The notes beneath the pieces are model-generated. The model was not told the origin of the DNA, ran no database searches, and worked only from the letters and a program-made list of their open reading frames with translations. A stretch of DNA of 42,448 nucleotides from Polyangiaceae bacterium (GTDB lineage Bacteria > Myxococcota_A > Polyangia > Polyangiales > Polyangiaceae). Below are positions 16,390 through 26,655 of the stretch, piece by piece. The DNA lies in contig JBGANF010000062.1 of the NCBI GenBank assembly GCA_044222475.1, positions 1 to 42,448 on the forward strand. Reading direction: 5' to 3'. Both the position numbers and the translations under genes were made by a program. Numbering within the stretch: position 1 is the stretch's first letter; each line of letters starts with the position of its first letter.

Positions 16390-19350
16390 TTGATGCGAGA
16401 GGTTCTGTGGGGACGTGATCGCGAGCTCGCCGAGCTCGCGTCGTCGACCGACGCCGCGCGCGCGGGTCGCGGTCGCGTCGTCCTGATCACCGGTCCCGCT
16501 GGCATCGGGAAGAGCGCCCTCGTCGAGACGTGGTCGCCGAGCCTCGAAGGGTTCAAGGTGCTCCGCGGCCGAGCGTGGGAGTTCGCCGACGCGCCGCCGT
16601 ACTTTCCGGTCGCGCCGATGCTGCGCCAGCTCGGGATCGATCCGGAGCGAGAAGGCAGCCCGTTCGCGCTGTGGGAGGACGTGCTCGATGGAGTCGCGAA
16701 GACGAACGTGCCGACGGCGTGGATCATCGAGGACGCGCACGCGGCGGATCTCCAGACGCTCGATCTCTTGGTGTTCCTCGCGCAGCCGGTGCGCTCGCTG
16801 CCGCTGCTCGTGATCGTCACGCGCCGCGACGTCGATCCGCGCGTCGATGCGCGGGTGGGGCAGCGGCTCGAGCGCCTCGGTCGAAGCGGTCTCGAGCTCA
16901 GGCCGAGCGCGCTCGACGAACGGGCGGTCTCCGATCTCGCGGAGCGGTGGCTCGGTCGCCCGCTCGGCAAGGGCGAGGCGCGCAGCCTCGCGGAGCGGAC
17001 CGAGGGCAACCCGCTGTTCGTCGTCGAGATGGCGCGCGCCGGAGGTGCTCACGGTCTCCCGCGGGCCATCCGCGACGTCGTCCTCGAGCGAGTCACCGCG
17101 CTGCCGTCGTCGGCGCGTCGTGCGCTCGAGGCAGGCGCGATCCTCGGTCGCGAGTTCTCGGCCGGTCACGTGGGTCGCATGGTCGATCTCCTGCCGGCGC
17201 GCGTCATCGACGATCTCGCGCCGGCGATGGCCGTCGGGTTGGTGCGCGAGCTGCGGCCCGGGATGTTCGCGTTCGGGCACATCGTCGAGCGGGATGCCAT
17301 CGACGAGTCGCTCCGCGCCGAGGAGCGCGCGGCGCTCCACGCTCGAGCGGCGGCGATGCTCGCGAGCGCTGGAGACTCGCCCGACGTCATCGCGCTCCGC
17401 GCGCGCCACGCGCTCGACGGGGTGCAACCGGGCGACGAAGTCGCGACCATCGAGCTCGTGACGCGAGTCATCGACGCGCTCGAACGACAGCGCGCGTACG
17501 ACCGAGCGTTCGCGTTGGCCGAGCGCCTCGACGCTGCGCGCAAGACGACGCTTGTCGGATTTCCCGCGTCGCCGGAGGAGCTCCTTCGCATGGCGAGCCT
17601 CGCGCATCGCGCCGGCCGCGACGCCGACTGGCGGCGGCTGTGCAACGACGTCATGGCGCGCACTCGGACGAAAGACGGTGCGTCGACGTTCGCGCGCGCG
17701 GCGCTGCTGCTCGGCGCCGAGCTGCGCCCGGGCTTCGCCGACAAAACGCTCGCGTCGACGATCGACGAGGCGCTCGCGCTGCTCGACGGCCGCGAGCCCG
17801 CGCTCGAGTGCCTCCTCCGCGCGCGCCGCGTGGCGGCGCTCCAGCCCGCGCCCGATCCGCTGCAGATCGTCGACGTCGCGCGCGGCGTGATCGATCGCGC
17901 TCGCGCGCTGGGAGACGACGCGCTCGTGGCAGAGGTCCTCGTCACCGCGGGCGCCGCGATGGTCGACTACGCGCCGATCGACGAGCGGATCGAGCGCTGG
18001 AGAGAGCTCCTCGCCTTGGCGACCCGCACCGGCGACGTTCCGAAGATCCTTCGCGCGCGGGCGCGCCTCGCGATGGACCTCCTCCAGCGAGGGAGCTTCG
18101 ACGAGTTCGACGTCCACACCGACGAGCTCCTGCGGGTCTCCGCGGAGTACGGCCACCCGCGGTACCGTTGGCAGCCTCTGCTCTTCGCGTCGATGCGGGC
18201 CTGCATGCGCGGCCAGTTCGACGAGTCGGACCGCCACCTCGTCGAGATCGAGCAGCTCGCAGCGTTGACCGACGATCCCGCGCTGGGGCTGTGCCTGATG
18301 GCGCACCGCAGTCAGCGCGCGCGCGACGTCGCCTCTCCGGACGAGCTGCGACGCATGGCCGCCGGCATCTCGGAGCTCGTCGCGAACCTTCCGATGGGGC
18401 ACCTGGTCGCGGCGATCCTCCGCAGCGAGTTCTTCACGTGGGCCGGTGATCGCGACGCCGCCGCCGCGGAGCTCGCGATCATTCGTCCGTTCAGCCGCAT
18501 GGTCATGTGCGACGTGTCGTTCCGCGTGATGGTCGCGAGCACGGCGCACTTCGCCGGTGACGACGAGCTGCGGAAGGAAGCGCGCGCCGCGCTTCTGCCG
18601 TTCCTCGACGAGGAGGGGCCGACCGGTCACGTGCCGGTGAGCTACGAGGGATCGATCGTGCGGATGGTCGGTCTGCTCGACCTCGCGCTGGGCGACACGG
18701 CGAAGGGGCGCGAGCGACTCACGGTCGCGCTCGAGCGGGCTCGGGCGAACGGCCTCGCGCCGTGGGTCGCGCGGATCGAGCGCGAGCTCGGCACGGCCGC
18801 GCCGACGGTCGCGGCTCCCGCGTCGCCCCCGCCGGCCGAGAGGCTCCGCCTCGAGCGCGAAGGCGAGGCGTGGCGTATCCGCAGCGGTGGTCGCGAGGTC
18901 GTCGTGCGGGACGTGCGCGGGATGCGGCTCCTCGCGCGCCTCGTCGACAAGGAAAACGAGGAGATCCACGTGCTCGTCTTGGCGAGCGACGAGGAGGGCT
19001 CCCTGGCGGAGACCCACGCCGGAGACCGGGTCGACGCGAAATCGTTAGCCGACTACCGCTCCCGGCTGACCGCCCTCGCCGAGGACCTCGACGAGGCGGA
19101 ACGGATGGCCGATTTGGGCCGGGCGCGGAAGATCGCCGCGGAACGAGCCGCCCTCGAGGCCGAGATCGCGGGGGCCGTCGGGCTGGGCGGGCGGGCGCGC
19201 AAGGCCGGATCGGCCACGGAACGGGCGCGGGTGAACGTCCAGCGGAGGCTCCGAGATGCGATTTCGCGAATTTCGGAAGCTGATGAAACCATTGGTAAAT
19301 ACGTCGAACGATCGGTGAGGACGGGCACGTACTGCTGCTTCCGACCTTGA
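16390..19350 (+). CDS. AAA_16/MalT-like ATPase with helical repeats and C-terminal putative DNA-binding domain
   Basis: GRDREL, ITGPAGIGKS (Walker A), IIEDAHAAD (Walker B), TEGNPLFV, FGH; C-terminal ERARVNVQRRLRDAI...SVRTGTYC motif. Confidence 0.88.
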   Translation: MMREVLWGRDRELAELASSTDAARAGRGRVVLITGPAGIGKSALVETWSPSLEGFKVLRGRAWEFADAPPYFPVAPMLRQLGIDPEREGSPFALWEDVLDGVAKTNVPTAWIIEDAHAADLQTLDLLVFLAQPVRSLPLLVIVTRRDVDPRVDARVGQRLERLGRSGLELRPSALDERAVSDLAERWLGRPLGKGEARSLAERTEGNPLFVVEMARAGGAHGLPRAIRDVVLERVTALPSSARRALEAGAILGREFSAGHVGRMVDLLPARVIDDLAPAMAVGLVRELRPGMFAFGHIVERDAIDESLRAEERAALHARAAAMLASAGDSPDVIALRARHALDGVQPGDEVATIELVTRVIDALERQRAYDRAFALAERLDAARKTTLVGFPASPEELLRMASLAHRAGRDADWRRLCNDVMARTRTKDGASTFARAALLLGAELRPGFADKTLASTIDEALALLDGREPALECLLRARRVAALQPAPDPLQIVDVARGVIDRARALGDDALVAEVLVTAGAAMVDYAPIDERIERWRELLALATRTGDVPKILRARARLAMDLLQRGSFDEFDVHTDELLRVSAEYGHPRYRWQPLLFASMRACMRGQFDESDRHLVEIEQLAALTDDPALGLCLMAHRSQRARDVASPDELRRMAAGISELVANLPMGHLVAAILRSEFFTWAGDRDAAAAELAIIRPFSRMVMCDVSFRVMVASTAHFAGDDELRKEARAALLPFLDEEGPTGHVPVSYEGSIVRMVGLLDLALGDTAKGRERLTVALERARANGLAPWVARIERELGTAAPTVAAPASPPPAERLRLEREGEAWRIRSGGREVVVRDVRGMRLLARLVDKENEEIHVLVLASDEEGSLAETHAGDRVDAKSLADYRSRLTALAEDLDEAERMADLGRARKIAAERAALEAEIAGAVGLGGRARKAGSATERARVNVQRRLRDAISRISEADETIGKYVERSVRTGTYCCFRP

Positions 19351-19403
19351 ATGGAACGGATGTTCCATCGGCGGTCACGCCTCTTTGGAAAGAGGTGGAA
19401 ACC

Positions 19404-20186
19404 ATGGAAGCCGTTCTCACGCTGCTCATCCCCGTCGTCTTCGTCGTGTCGCTGATCGTGGAGCGCATCTTCCCGGCGCGGAAGCTGCCGAAGGTGCGCT
19501 TCTGGCTCCTCAAGGGGTTCATCTTCTTCTTCATCAGCGGCGCCATCAACGCGATCGTCCCGGCGGTGATGACTCCGGTGCTCGCCCCGCTCTCGGTCGT
19601 GCCCGGGGCGAAGCTCGGCATCGCGCTCGGTGCCATCCTCACGCTCCTCCTCGCCGAGCTCTTCGGCTACGGGCTGCACCGCTTCATGCACCGCGTTCAG
19701 TTCGTCTGGCGCTGGACCCACCAGATGCACCACAGCGCCGAGCGCGTCGACATCGCGGGCGCGGCGTACCTTCACCCGCTCGACATCACGCTCCAGGTCT
19801 TCCCGCTGACGCTCGCCGCGACGATCCTCGGCGTGTCGCCCGACGCGGCAGCGCTCGCCGGCTTCCTGTCGTTCGGGATGGCGATGTTCCAGCACCTCAA
19901 CGTGCGCACCCCGCACTGGGTCGGTTGGGTCGTGCAGCGCCCCGAGGGTCACTCGGTGCACCACCAGCGCGGCGTGCACGCGTACAACTACGGCAACCTC
20001 GCGATCTGGGACCTCGTGTTCGGCACGTTCCGCAACCCGAAGGACTTCGCGCCGGAGGCCGGCTTCTACGACGGCGCGTCGTCGCGCACGTTCGCGATGC
20101 TCTTCGGGCGTGACGTGGGCGAGCCTGCGGTCGCGGTCGAGACGGCGAAGGAAGTCGCGCCGTCGCTGGAGGTGGCGAAGGCGTAA
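19404..20186 (+). CDS. sterol desaturase / fatty acid hydroxylase family protein
   Basis: His boxes HRFMH, HQMHH, FQH.N, HSVHH; NYG....WD.VFGTF; GAGGTGG RBS before ATG 19404. Confidence 0.93.
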   Translation: MEAVLTLLIPVVFVVSLIVERIFPARKLPKVRFWLLKGFIFFFISGAINAIVPAVMTPVLAPLSVVPGAKLGIALGAILTLLLAELFGYGLHRFMHRVQFVWRWTHQMHHSAERVDIAGAAYLHPLDITLQVFPLTLAATILGVSPDAAALAGFLSFGMAMFQHLNVRTPHWVGWVVQRPEGHSVHHQRGVHAYNYGNLAIWDLVFGTFRNPKDFAPEAGFYDGASSRTFAMLFGRDVGEPAVAVETAKEVAPSLEVAKA

Positions 20187-20195
20187 GATGACGGC

Positions 20196-21035
20196 GTGCG
20201 AACGCCGCTCCACTGCATCGTCCTCCTCGGGCTCTTCGCATCGGCGTGCACGCCGGCGGAGAGCCCGAGTCGTTCCATGCCCACGGACGCCGGAGTGACC
20301 GCGGCCCCGATCACCGTGAACGACGCCGCCGCGGCCGTCCCGATCGTCGACGCCGGACCCGGGACGTGCGCTCGGGGCGTGGTCCTCGAAGGGGAGAAGG
20401 CGCCAAAGCGGATCGATCAGGCCGCGGTCGCGCGCCTCGTGAAGATCAAGGACGACCCCGCTGCTGCGGCTCTCGATCGCACGAAGGCGACCTTCGAGCT
20501 CGCCGATCTGTACCGCAACGCCGGGCACCTCGACGAGGCGATCGCGATCCTCGGGCCGATCGCGCTGTCCGACCCGCGGCTCGACGTCGGTGAAGCCGCG
20601 GTCGAGCGGTACCTCGATGCGCTCGTCCGCGCTCGCGAGGGCTGCTCGGCGGAGCTCGAGCGCGACCTCGGCGCGATGCGCGCGCGCTACTGCCCCCCCG
20701 CCCGAAAGGACCGCTTCTGCAGCGGCCTCGCGCTCATCGCGTTCCAGCTCCGAAGCGGCCGCGCGATCCGTCTCGCCGAGACCGACCGCGCGGCGGCGGG
20801 GGCCGCGTTCGAGTCGCTCTTCCGCGACTCGTGCGTCGGCGGCGGAGACCGAGAGCTCCGGTGCGACGAGATCGCGTACAACGCGGCCATCTCGTACGAC
20901 GGCGCCGGCGATCCGGCGAAAGCGCAGGCGATGCTGCTGCTGCTGAAGGACCCGAAGAACGGGCTCACGAAGAGCCCGCTGATCCCGAGGCTGGAGTGTC
21001 TCTTCACCGCGAAGGACGCGGGGCCGTGTCACTGA
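20196..21035 (+). CDS. putative lipoprotein with TPR-like helices
   Basis: LFASAC lipobox; FELADLYRNAGHLDEAIAIL and IAYNAAISYD.AG...KA are TPR-like; TAAGAT-N6-GTG. Confidence 0.7.
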   Translation: MRTPLHCIVLLGLFASACTPAESPSRSMPTDAGVTAAPITVNDAAAAVPIVDAGPGTCARGVVLEGEKAPKRIDQAAVARLVKIKDDPAAAALDRTKATFELADLYRNAGHLDEAIAILGPIALSDPRLDVGEAAVERYLDALVRAREGCSAELERDLGAMRARYCPPARKDRFCSGLALIAFQLRSGRAIRLAETDRAAAGAAFESLFRDSCVGGGDRELRCDEIAYNAAISYDGAGDPAKAQAMLLLLKDPKNGLTKSPLIPRLECLFTAKDAGPCH

Positions 21036-21038
21036 GGC

Positions 21039-22145
21039 TCACCCCATCGCGGCCGCCGCTCGCGCCGCGCGCGCATCGGGGTCGGTGACGCGCTTGAGGA
21101 GCCCCGCCTGGACGAGGGTCTGCGCCGCGAGGCGCGACGTCGATACGAGCGTGCAACGGAACGGAGCGTTCGCGAGGATCTGGGCCGCGTCCTCGTGGAA
21201 CACGCGGGCGATGATCTCCACCGTCGCGTTCACGTCGCGGACGCGGTCCGCGTAGACGAGGTTCTTGCCGAGGTCGTCCTCGGCGAAGACGACGAGCTGG
21301 GTGTTCGCGAGCGGGGCGGCCATGAGCTCGGCTTCGGAGGCGACGGCGGTGACCTCGACGTTCGACGAAGCGAGCGACTCGGCGACTCGCGCCGCGAGCG
21401 AGTTCTTCCCGACGATGATCGCGCGCCGCGAGCCGATCTTCGATGCGCGCTGAGCGACGAGGTTCGCGGCGATTCGTGACGTCGAGACCGCGCGCGCACC
21501 GTAGGCCCGCGCGAGCGCCTTGCCGACGTCGTCGTCGGCGCATCGGACGACGAGCTCGCATCGAGGGTTCTTCGCGCGCACGACGCGGCATGCGATCGCG
21601 GCCTCTTCGAGATCGTCGGTGGCGACGACGACGACCGCAGCGTGCGCGGCGCCGGAGGCCTCGAGGACGGACGCGTCGCTCATGCTGCCGAAGACGACGG
21701 GCTCCTCGTCGCGCACGAGGCCCTGCGCGAGGGCGCGGTCCTGCTCGACGACGACGACGTCGGCGCCGGCGGCCGTCGCGATCTCGCGCACGCGCTCACC
21801 GAGGTGCGAGTAGCCGACGACGAGGACGTGGTCGCGCGCGTGACGCGCGAGCTCGGCGCACGTCGCTTCGGGGCGGTAGTGACGCGTCACGTTGGCGACG
21901 ACGAACGACGCGATGGCGCCGAAGACGACGACCTCGGTGAAGCCGGTGTAGAAGTGCGCCCACGTCCCGTCGCCGTGGCGGATGCACGCAGCGCTGAGCA
22001 GCGCGTCGCCCGCGTCTAGCCCGAGGACGAGGTGAAACGCCGCCGCGTTGAGGAGCACCCACGTGGCGACGAAGGCGAGCGCGAGCCTGTTCTGCTTGAG
22101 CGCGATTCCGATTCGCGCGGTGGTTCGCTTGGTCTTTCCGATCAT
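21039..22145 (-). CDS. TrkA-N/RCK (NAD-binding) domain membrane protein
   Basis: HVLVVGYSHLG, VVVVE.D, VFGS.SD.SVLEASG...A.VVVVATDD; second degenerate RCK (AIIVGKNSLA); two N-terminal hydrophobic segments. Confidence 0.82.
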   Translation of the reverse strand: MIGKTKRTTARIGIALKQNRLALAFVATWVLLNAAAFHLVLGLDAGDALLSAACIRHGDGTWAHFYTGFTEVVVFGAIASFVVANVTRHYRPEATCAELARHARDHVLVVGYSHLGERVREIATAAGADVVVVEQDRALAQGLVRDEEPVVFGSMSDASVLEASGAAHAAVVVVATDDLEEAAIACRVVRAKNPRCELVVRCADDDVGKALARAYGARAVSTSRIAANLVAQRASKIGSRRAIIVGKNSLAARVAESLASSNVEVTAVASEAELMAAPLANTQLVVFAEDDLGKNLVYADRVRDVNATVEIIARVFHEDAAQILANAPFRCTLVSTSRLAAQTLVQAGLLKRVTDPDARAARAAAAMG

Positions 22146-22300
22146 GCCGGGATCGATAAGGACGAAGCCCGAAGCGTCCACGTGGCACGACCGCGGTTCG
22201 CGGGGTTGGGGGAACGCGTTGCCCAAACGTCACAGACGGCGGCCGAGAAACCCGAAAATCCTTCCGCGTGGGGTCATGTAGACTCCAGCTACTTCGTCGG

Positions 22301-23061
22301 ATGCTCCTCGCCTTCGTCCTCCTCGATACCCCGGAGCTTCCTACGCGCGCGGGCATCGCCGCAGCCCTGGGCAATGGGGATTCCCGGCTCACTTCACGGG
22401 CCCTCCAAACACCGTCCTCTCCACGGACACTACGATCGGCACGCTCATGATCATGCACGCCGCCGTACCGATTCCGAACGGCGAGGCCGATGCGGCTGCG
22501 CGCAAAAGCGTCGGATCGTTTCGCCGGACCGCTTCGTGGCGCCCCCACGTGGCGCACTTGATGGTGAGAGTCGCGACTACCGACCACCCGCGGCAACCCA
22601 CCCCCGCCGTGATGACGACATTTACCCGTATGGTCGCTGCGCTGGCGGAAATGGCGGGAGCCGTCGGCGTCTACTGGGGCAATGGTCGCGTTTCCCACGA
22701 AGCAGAGTTCTTCTGCGCGATGGCGGCGGATGACTCCTTTCCGCTCGTCCTCTGGTCCGGGGTGAGCCTCGCACGGACGTCGACGTCGGTGAGCATCCTC
22801 ACCACCGGCCTGCGCCAGTTCGCCTTGCCCGAGCTCATGGTGCAAGCACCCGGGACCAGCGCGAACGCCGCGCTCGAGTACCTGTTCGATCTGGCGAGGT
22901 ACCTCGTGACGCGCGGCACGCCGATTCCCGATGGTGACACGGTCGGTCGGACCGCACAGGAGCGCGTGCTCGTGCGCTACGAAGCGTCGCCGCTGAATCC
23001 AGGAGAGAAGGTCGCGGTGGTGCGGTTTCCCGGCGCCTCTCGTGCCGGAGCGCGTCACTAG
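22301..23061 (+). pseudogene. DUF4261-like protein with an apparent 1-nt frameshift near 22370
   Basis: C-terminal T.GLRQFALPEL...LFDLARYLV.RG.PIPDGDTVG....R..VRY..S fits DUF4261; MLLAFVLL N-terminus at 22301 is in a different frame. Confidence 0.6.
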
Positions 23062-23097
23062 GATCCGTGGTACGCCTCCTGGATGGGGGAAACATCG

Positions 23098-23652
23098 ATG
23101 CGGGGCGCGCTGCTGATGGTGGGCGCGATGACGATCGCCGGATGCGGGAGCGGGACGTCACCCACGGGCGGCGACAGCGGCGTTTCACCGGACGGCGCCG
23201 CCGCCGATTCGTCGATCCTCCCCGACGGAGGAAGTTGTAGCCCGTTGAGCGCGCAGGGCTTCACCGACGTCATCGAGCAGAAGCTCGCCGAGGACGTGCC
23301 CAGCGGAGATCTTCCGGCTCCGCCCGAAGGCTCGTACTTCCTCAAGTCGATCACGACCTACACCGGAGCGGGAGGCGCGACGGGGTCTGGCGTCACGCGC
23401 CGCGCCGCCATCATCGTCGACAACGCGGGTGCGCGATGGTCGTTGAGCCTCAAAGAAGGCGCGGGTGAGTGGGCCGAGTCCACGCTGACCGTCGCGAGTC
23501 TCTCGAGCGGCGGCTACGGATTGACTCCGATCTGTCCGACGCCACTCCCGACGAAGACGGTGCGGTTCCTTCCGTTCGTCGGCAAAGGGGTCTCGGTGAC
23601 CCGAACCGATCCCAACACGGTCGAGACGTACACGACCATCGGGTCGAAGTAA
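23098..23652 (+). CDS. putative lipoprotein
   Basis: MRGALLMVGAMTIAGC lipobox, Gly/Ser/Asp linker, beta-rich domain. Confidence 0.72.
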   Translation: MRGALLMVGAMTIAGCGSGTSPTGGDSGVSPDGAAADSSILPDGGSCSPLSAQGFTDVIEQKLAEDVPSGDLPAPPEGSYFLKSITTYTGAGGATGSGVTRRAAIIVDNAGARWSLSLKEGAGEWAESTLTVASLSSGGYGLTPICPTPLPTKTVRFLPFVGKGVSVTRTDPNTVETYTTIGSK

Positions 23653-23660
23653 CGCTCGCC

Positions 23661-25532
23661 TCAGTCCTCCGCGTACTTCTGCTGCCGCGCCGCTTCTCGC
23701 TCCAACCCGTGACGCGACCAGATGATCGCCGACGCGATCGCGAAGAACGCATTTGCGACCGACGTCGCCTCGTAGCGCCACGCCGGGTAGCGCAACCCGA
23801 AGACCGCCGACGCGGCGTACGCCGCCGCGATCGACCAGAGTCGCCAGTCGAGCGCGACCGCGACGAGCCCGCTCACGAGCGCCCAGAAGAACGCGAGGGC
23901 CGGCACCGTGTAGCGCCCGGGGTCGCCGTAGGCGAACGTGAACGCGGGCAGCGCCGCCGCCTGCACGAACATCGAGAACACGACGACGCGGAACAGCGCG
24001 CGGTTCAACGGCGTGCGGCCGACGCGGACGAACTTGCTCGTCGTGATCGTCGCGAGCGCCGTGAACAGCGCCACTGGCACGGCGAGGAGCGCTTCGTGCT
24101 CGGGGTACTTCTCCACCACTCCGCGCCCGAGGATCGGCGAGAGCGCCCAGAAGAGCCCGGTGGCCACGCCGGCGATGAGCCGCGCCTGTCCGCCGGTGCG
24201 GACGTCGTGATCGCGCTCGAGCTTCTCGAGCCGGGCTCCTTTGGCCTCTTCCTCGGCGACGGCGCGCTTCACCTCGGCTTCGAGCGCGGGATCCTTCGTC
24301 CCGAGATCGCCGAGGAGCGTGAGGGCGGCGTGACCGGCGCCGCGGGCGATCTCGTACTTCACCATCGCGCGTACGCAGCGATCGAGCCCGGCGCGCGCCG
24401 CGGCGTTCGCTTCCCACGCGCGGAGCGCCTGGCGAAAACCGAAGCGGCACTCCGCGAAGACGTTGAACAGCCTGCCGACGTCGTGGTCGGGAGTGGCGAG
24501 CAGCGCGTCGAGCTCGCTCAGCTTGGCCTCGCTGTCCTTGGTCAGCGCGATCGAGCCTTGGTGCGCGAGAAAATCTTCGAGCGCGAGCCGCACCGCAAGC
24601 GCGCTCTCGGGTCGCGCCTTCGGATCGCGCTGCATGCAGGCGCGCGCGAGCGCGACGAGCTCGGCCGGCGCGTCCTCGGGAAACGTCGGGTTCGAGAGGA
24701 GCACGCTCGACACGAGCGCCTCGGGCGTGTTCCCGGTGTGCGGCGCGCGTCCGGCGAGGATCTCGTAGAGCACGGCGCCGAGGAGGTAGACGTCGGTGCG
24801 CGGCGAGATCTCCGCCCCGTCGCCGCCGAGCATCTCCGGCGCCATGTACGCGGGGGTGCCGGCGATCTGGGTCACCGGTCCGGGCTTCGTCGCGACGCCC
24901 CAATCGACGAGGTAGACCTCGCCGAAGCTCCCGACCATCACGTTCTCGGGCTTGAGGTCGCGGTGGATGACGCCGCGCGAGTGGGCGAAGTGCACCGCGT
25001 TGCACACCTGAACCAGGATCGCGAGGTGCGCATCGAGGCGCTCGCGCCCTGGCGCGTGCTTCTTCAGCGCCTCGTCATCGCCGAGGAGCTTCAGCCAGTG
25101 GTCGCCCTCGATGTGCTTCATCACGATGAACGGAGCGCCGCTCTCGTCGAGGCCGAGGTCGTAGACCGGTACCACATTGGGATGTTCGAGCGAGCCCGCG
25201 AGCCACGCCTCGCCGAGAAGCGACTCGACCGCGTGCTCGTGGGCGACCTCCGGCCGGAGCGACTTGACCGCGACCTTGCGATCGAGCGCCACCTGGACGG
25301 CGAGCCGGACGACGCCCATCCCGCCCTCGCCGATGACGTCCTCGGCCTTCAGCGCCGCCGGATCCCGGCTCAGCGAGCGGAGGACGTCGAGCGCGCGCCT
25401 GCCCGTGCGGACCGACACCAGGCTCGGAACCAGCGTCGAACGCGGGTTTTTCACCAGGGTCGCGGCGTCGATGGTGAGCGTTCGGAGGCGCACGTCGACG
25501 GTCGCCTGGAGATCGAACGGGTCCTGAGTCAC
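23661..25532 (-). CDS. Hanks-type Ser/Thr protein kinase with C-terminal multi-TM domain
   Basis: [39 protein letters not shown]; about 5-6 TM segments at the C-terminus. Confidence 0.93.
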   Translation of the reverse strand: MTQDPFDLQATVDVRLRTLTIDAATLVKNPRSTLVPSLVSVRTGRRALDVLRSLSRDPAALKAEDVIGEGGMGVVRLAVQVALDRKVAVKSLRPEVAHEHAVESLLGEAWLAGSLEHPNVVPVYDLGLDESGAPFIVMKHIEGDHWLKLLGDDEALKKHAPGRERLDAHLAILVQVCNAVHFAHSRGVIHRDLKPENVMVGSFGEVYLVDWGVATKPGPVTQIAGTPAYMAPEMLGGDGAEISPRTDVYLLGAVLYEILAGRAPHTGNTPEALVSSVLLSNPTFPEDAPAELVALARACMQRDPKARPESALAVRLALEDFLAHQGSIALTKDSEAKLSELDALLATPDHDVGRLFNVFAECRFGFRQALRAWEANAAARAGLDRCVRAMVKYEIARGAGHAALTLLGDLGTKDPALEAEVKRAVAEEEAKGARLEKLERDHDVRTGGQARLIAGVATGLFWALSPILGRGVVEKYPEHEALLAVPVALFTALATITTSKFVRVGRTPLNRALFRVVVFSMFVQAAALPAFTFAYGDPGRYTVPALAFFWALVSGLVAVALDWRLWSIAAAYAASAVFGLRYPAWRYEATSVANAFFAIASAIIWSRHGLEREAARQQKYAED

Positions 25533-25591
25533 GGGAGCCGAGCATAGCCCGCTTTGACGAAAACCCCCGTTCCGCGATATGGCCATGCATC

Positions 25592-26002
25592 ATGTCGGAC
25601 GCGGCTCGCAAGGTTCGGATTCTCGTGGCCAAGCCCGGGCTCGACGGTCACGACCGCGGAGCGAAGGTCGTCGCTCGCGCGCTGCGCGACGCCGGCTTCG
25701 AGGTCGTCTACACCGGGCTCCACCAGACGCCGGAGATGATCGCGAGCGCCGCCGTCCAGGAAGACGTGGATGGCGTCGGCCTGTCGATCATGAGCGGCGC
25801 GCACAACACGCTGTTCCCCGCGGTCATCGAGGCGTTGAAGGCCAAAGGTGCGAATGACGTCGTCGTGTTTGGTGGCGGGATCATCCCCGAGGCCGATCTC
25901 GAGCGCCTCAAGAGCGCCGGGGCGAAGGGCGTGTTCACCCCGGGGACCACGCTCGAGACGATCATCGGTTGGGTGCGCGACAACGTGAAACCGCGGGCTT
26001 GA
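25592..26002 (+). CDS. cobalamin-binding subunit of an acyl-CoA mutase (methylmalonyl-CoA mutase C-terminal domain type)
   Basis: [10 protein letters not shown] (DxHxxG), SIMSGAH, FGGGIIP, FTPGT. Confidence 0.94.
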   Translation: MSDAARKVRILVAKPGLDGHDRGAKVVARALRDAGFEVVYTGLHQTPEMIASAAVQEDVDGVGLSIMSGAHNTLFPAVIEALKAKGANDVVVFGGGIIPEADLERLKSAGAKGVFTPGTTLETIIGWVRDNVKPRA

Positions 26003-26646
26003 TGGCGGTCCACTACGAGCTCGGCGAGCACGCGGTCGCTCGGCGCGCGCTCACCTCGGCGCTCGCCGAGACAGTGTCGGCCACCGCGCCGCCGCTGTTC
26101 GTGCTCTTCGTGCTCGCGAGGCTCGGCGTCGCGCCGATGAAGTACCTCGCGGTCGGCGCGGGGCTCCTCGCGGTGCTCGCGCTCGCGCGCACGTTCACCG
26201 CGCGGCAGCGGCTGCGGCGTCACCTGACGCGGTTCTCGATCGACGTCGACGAGACCGACGTCGTCATCAAGACCGTCCGCGGCGAGTTCAAGGTGCCCCG
26301 GCCCGCGGTCGAGCGCGTGCGCGAGATCCAGGGCTTCCTCGGCGGTCTTCGCATCGAGCTCGCCGAAGGGTGGGACGGCAAGGACGAGAGCCCCGAGGTC
26401 GTCGACGTGCCGCGAGGCGGAAAGCACTTCGCCGAGCTGCGCACGGCGCTCGAAGAGATTCGTCCGCTCGAGCCGCCGCGGCGCATGCAGCGGATTCTGC
26501 GCGTGTGGTTGATCGTGTTCGTCGTCGCGGCGGTGTTCTTCGTGCCGTTCTTCCTCGATCTGCTCGGCAACGGGTCGCGCCTCGCGGCGCTGGGCGCGGT
26601 GCTGGCGGTGTGGGTGGCGCTGAGGATTCTACTGCGGCCTCGTTGA
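26002..26646 (+). CDS. hypothetical membrane protein
   Basis: TGATG overlap; four hydrophobic segments around a small beta domain. Confidence 0.7.
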   Translation: MAVHYELGEHAVARRALTSALAETVSATAPPLFVLFVLARLGVAPMKYLAVGAGLLAVLALARTFTARQRLRRHLTRFSIDVDETDVVIKTVRGEFKVPRPAVERVREIQGFLGGLRIELAEGWDGKDESPEVVDVPRGGKHFAELRTALEEIRPLEPPRRMQRILRVWLIVFVVAAVFFVPFFLDLLGNGSRLAALGAVLAVWVALRILLRPR

Positions 26647-26655
26647 AGGGCGCTC

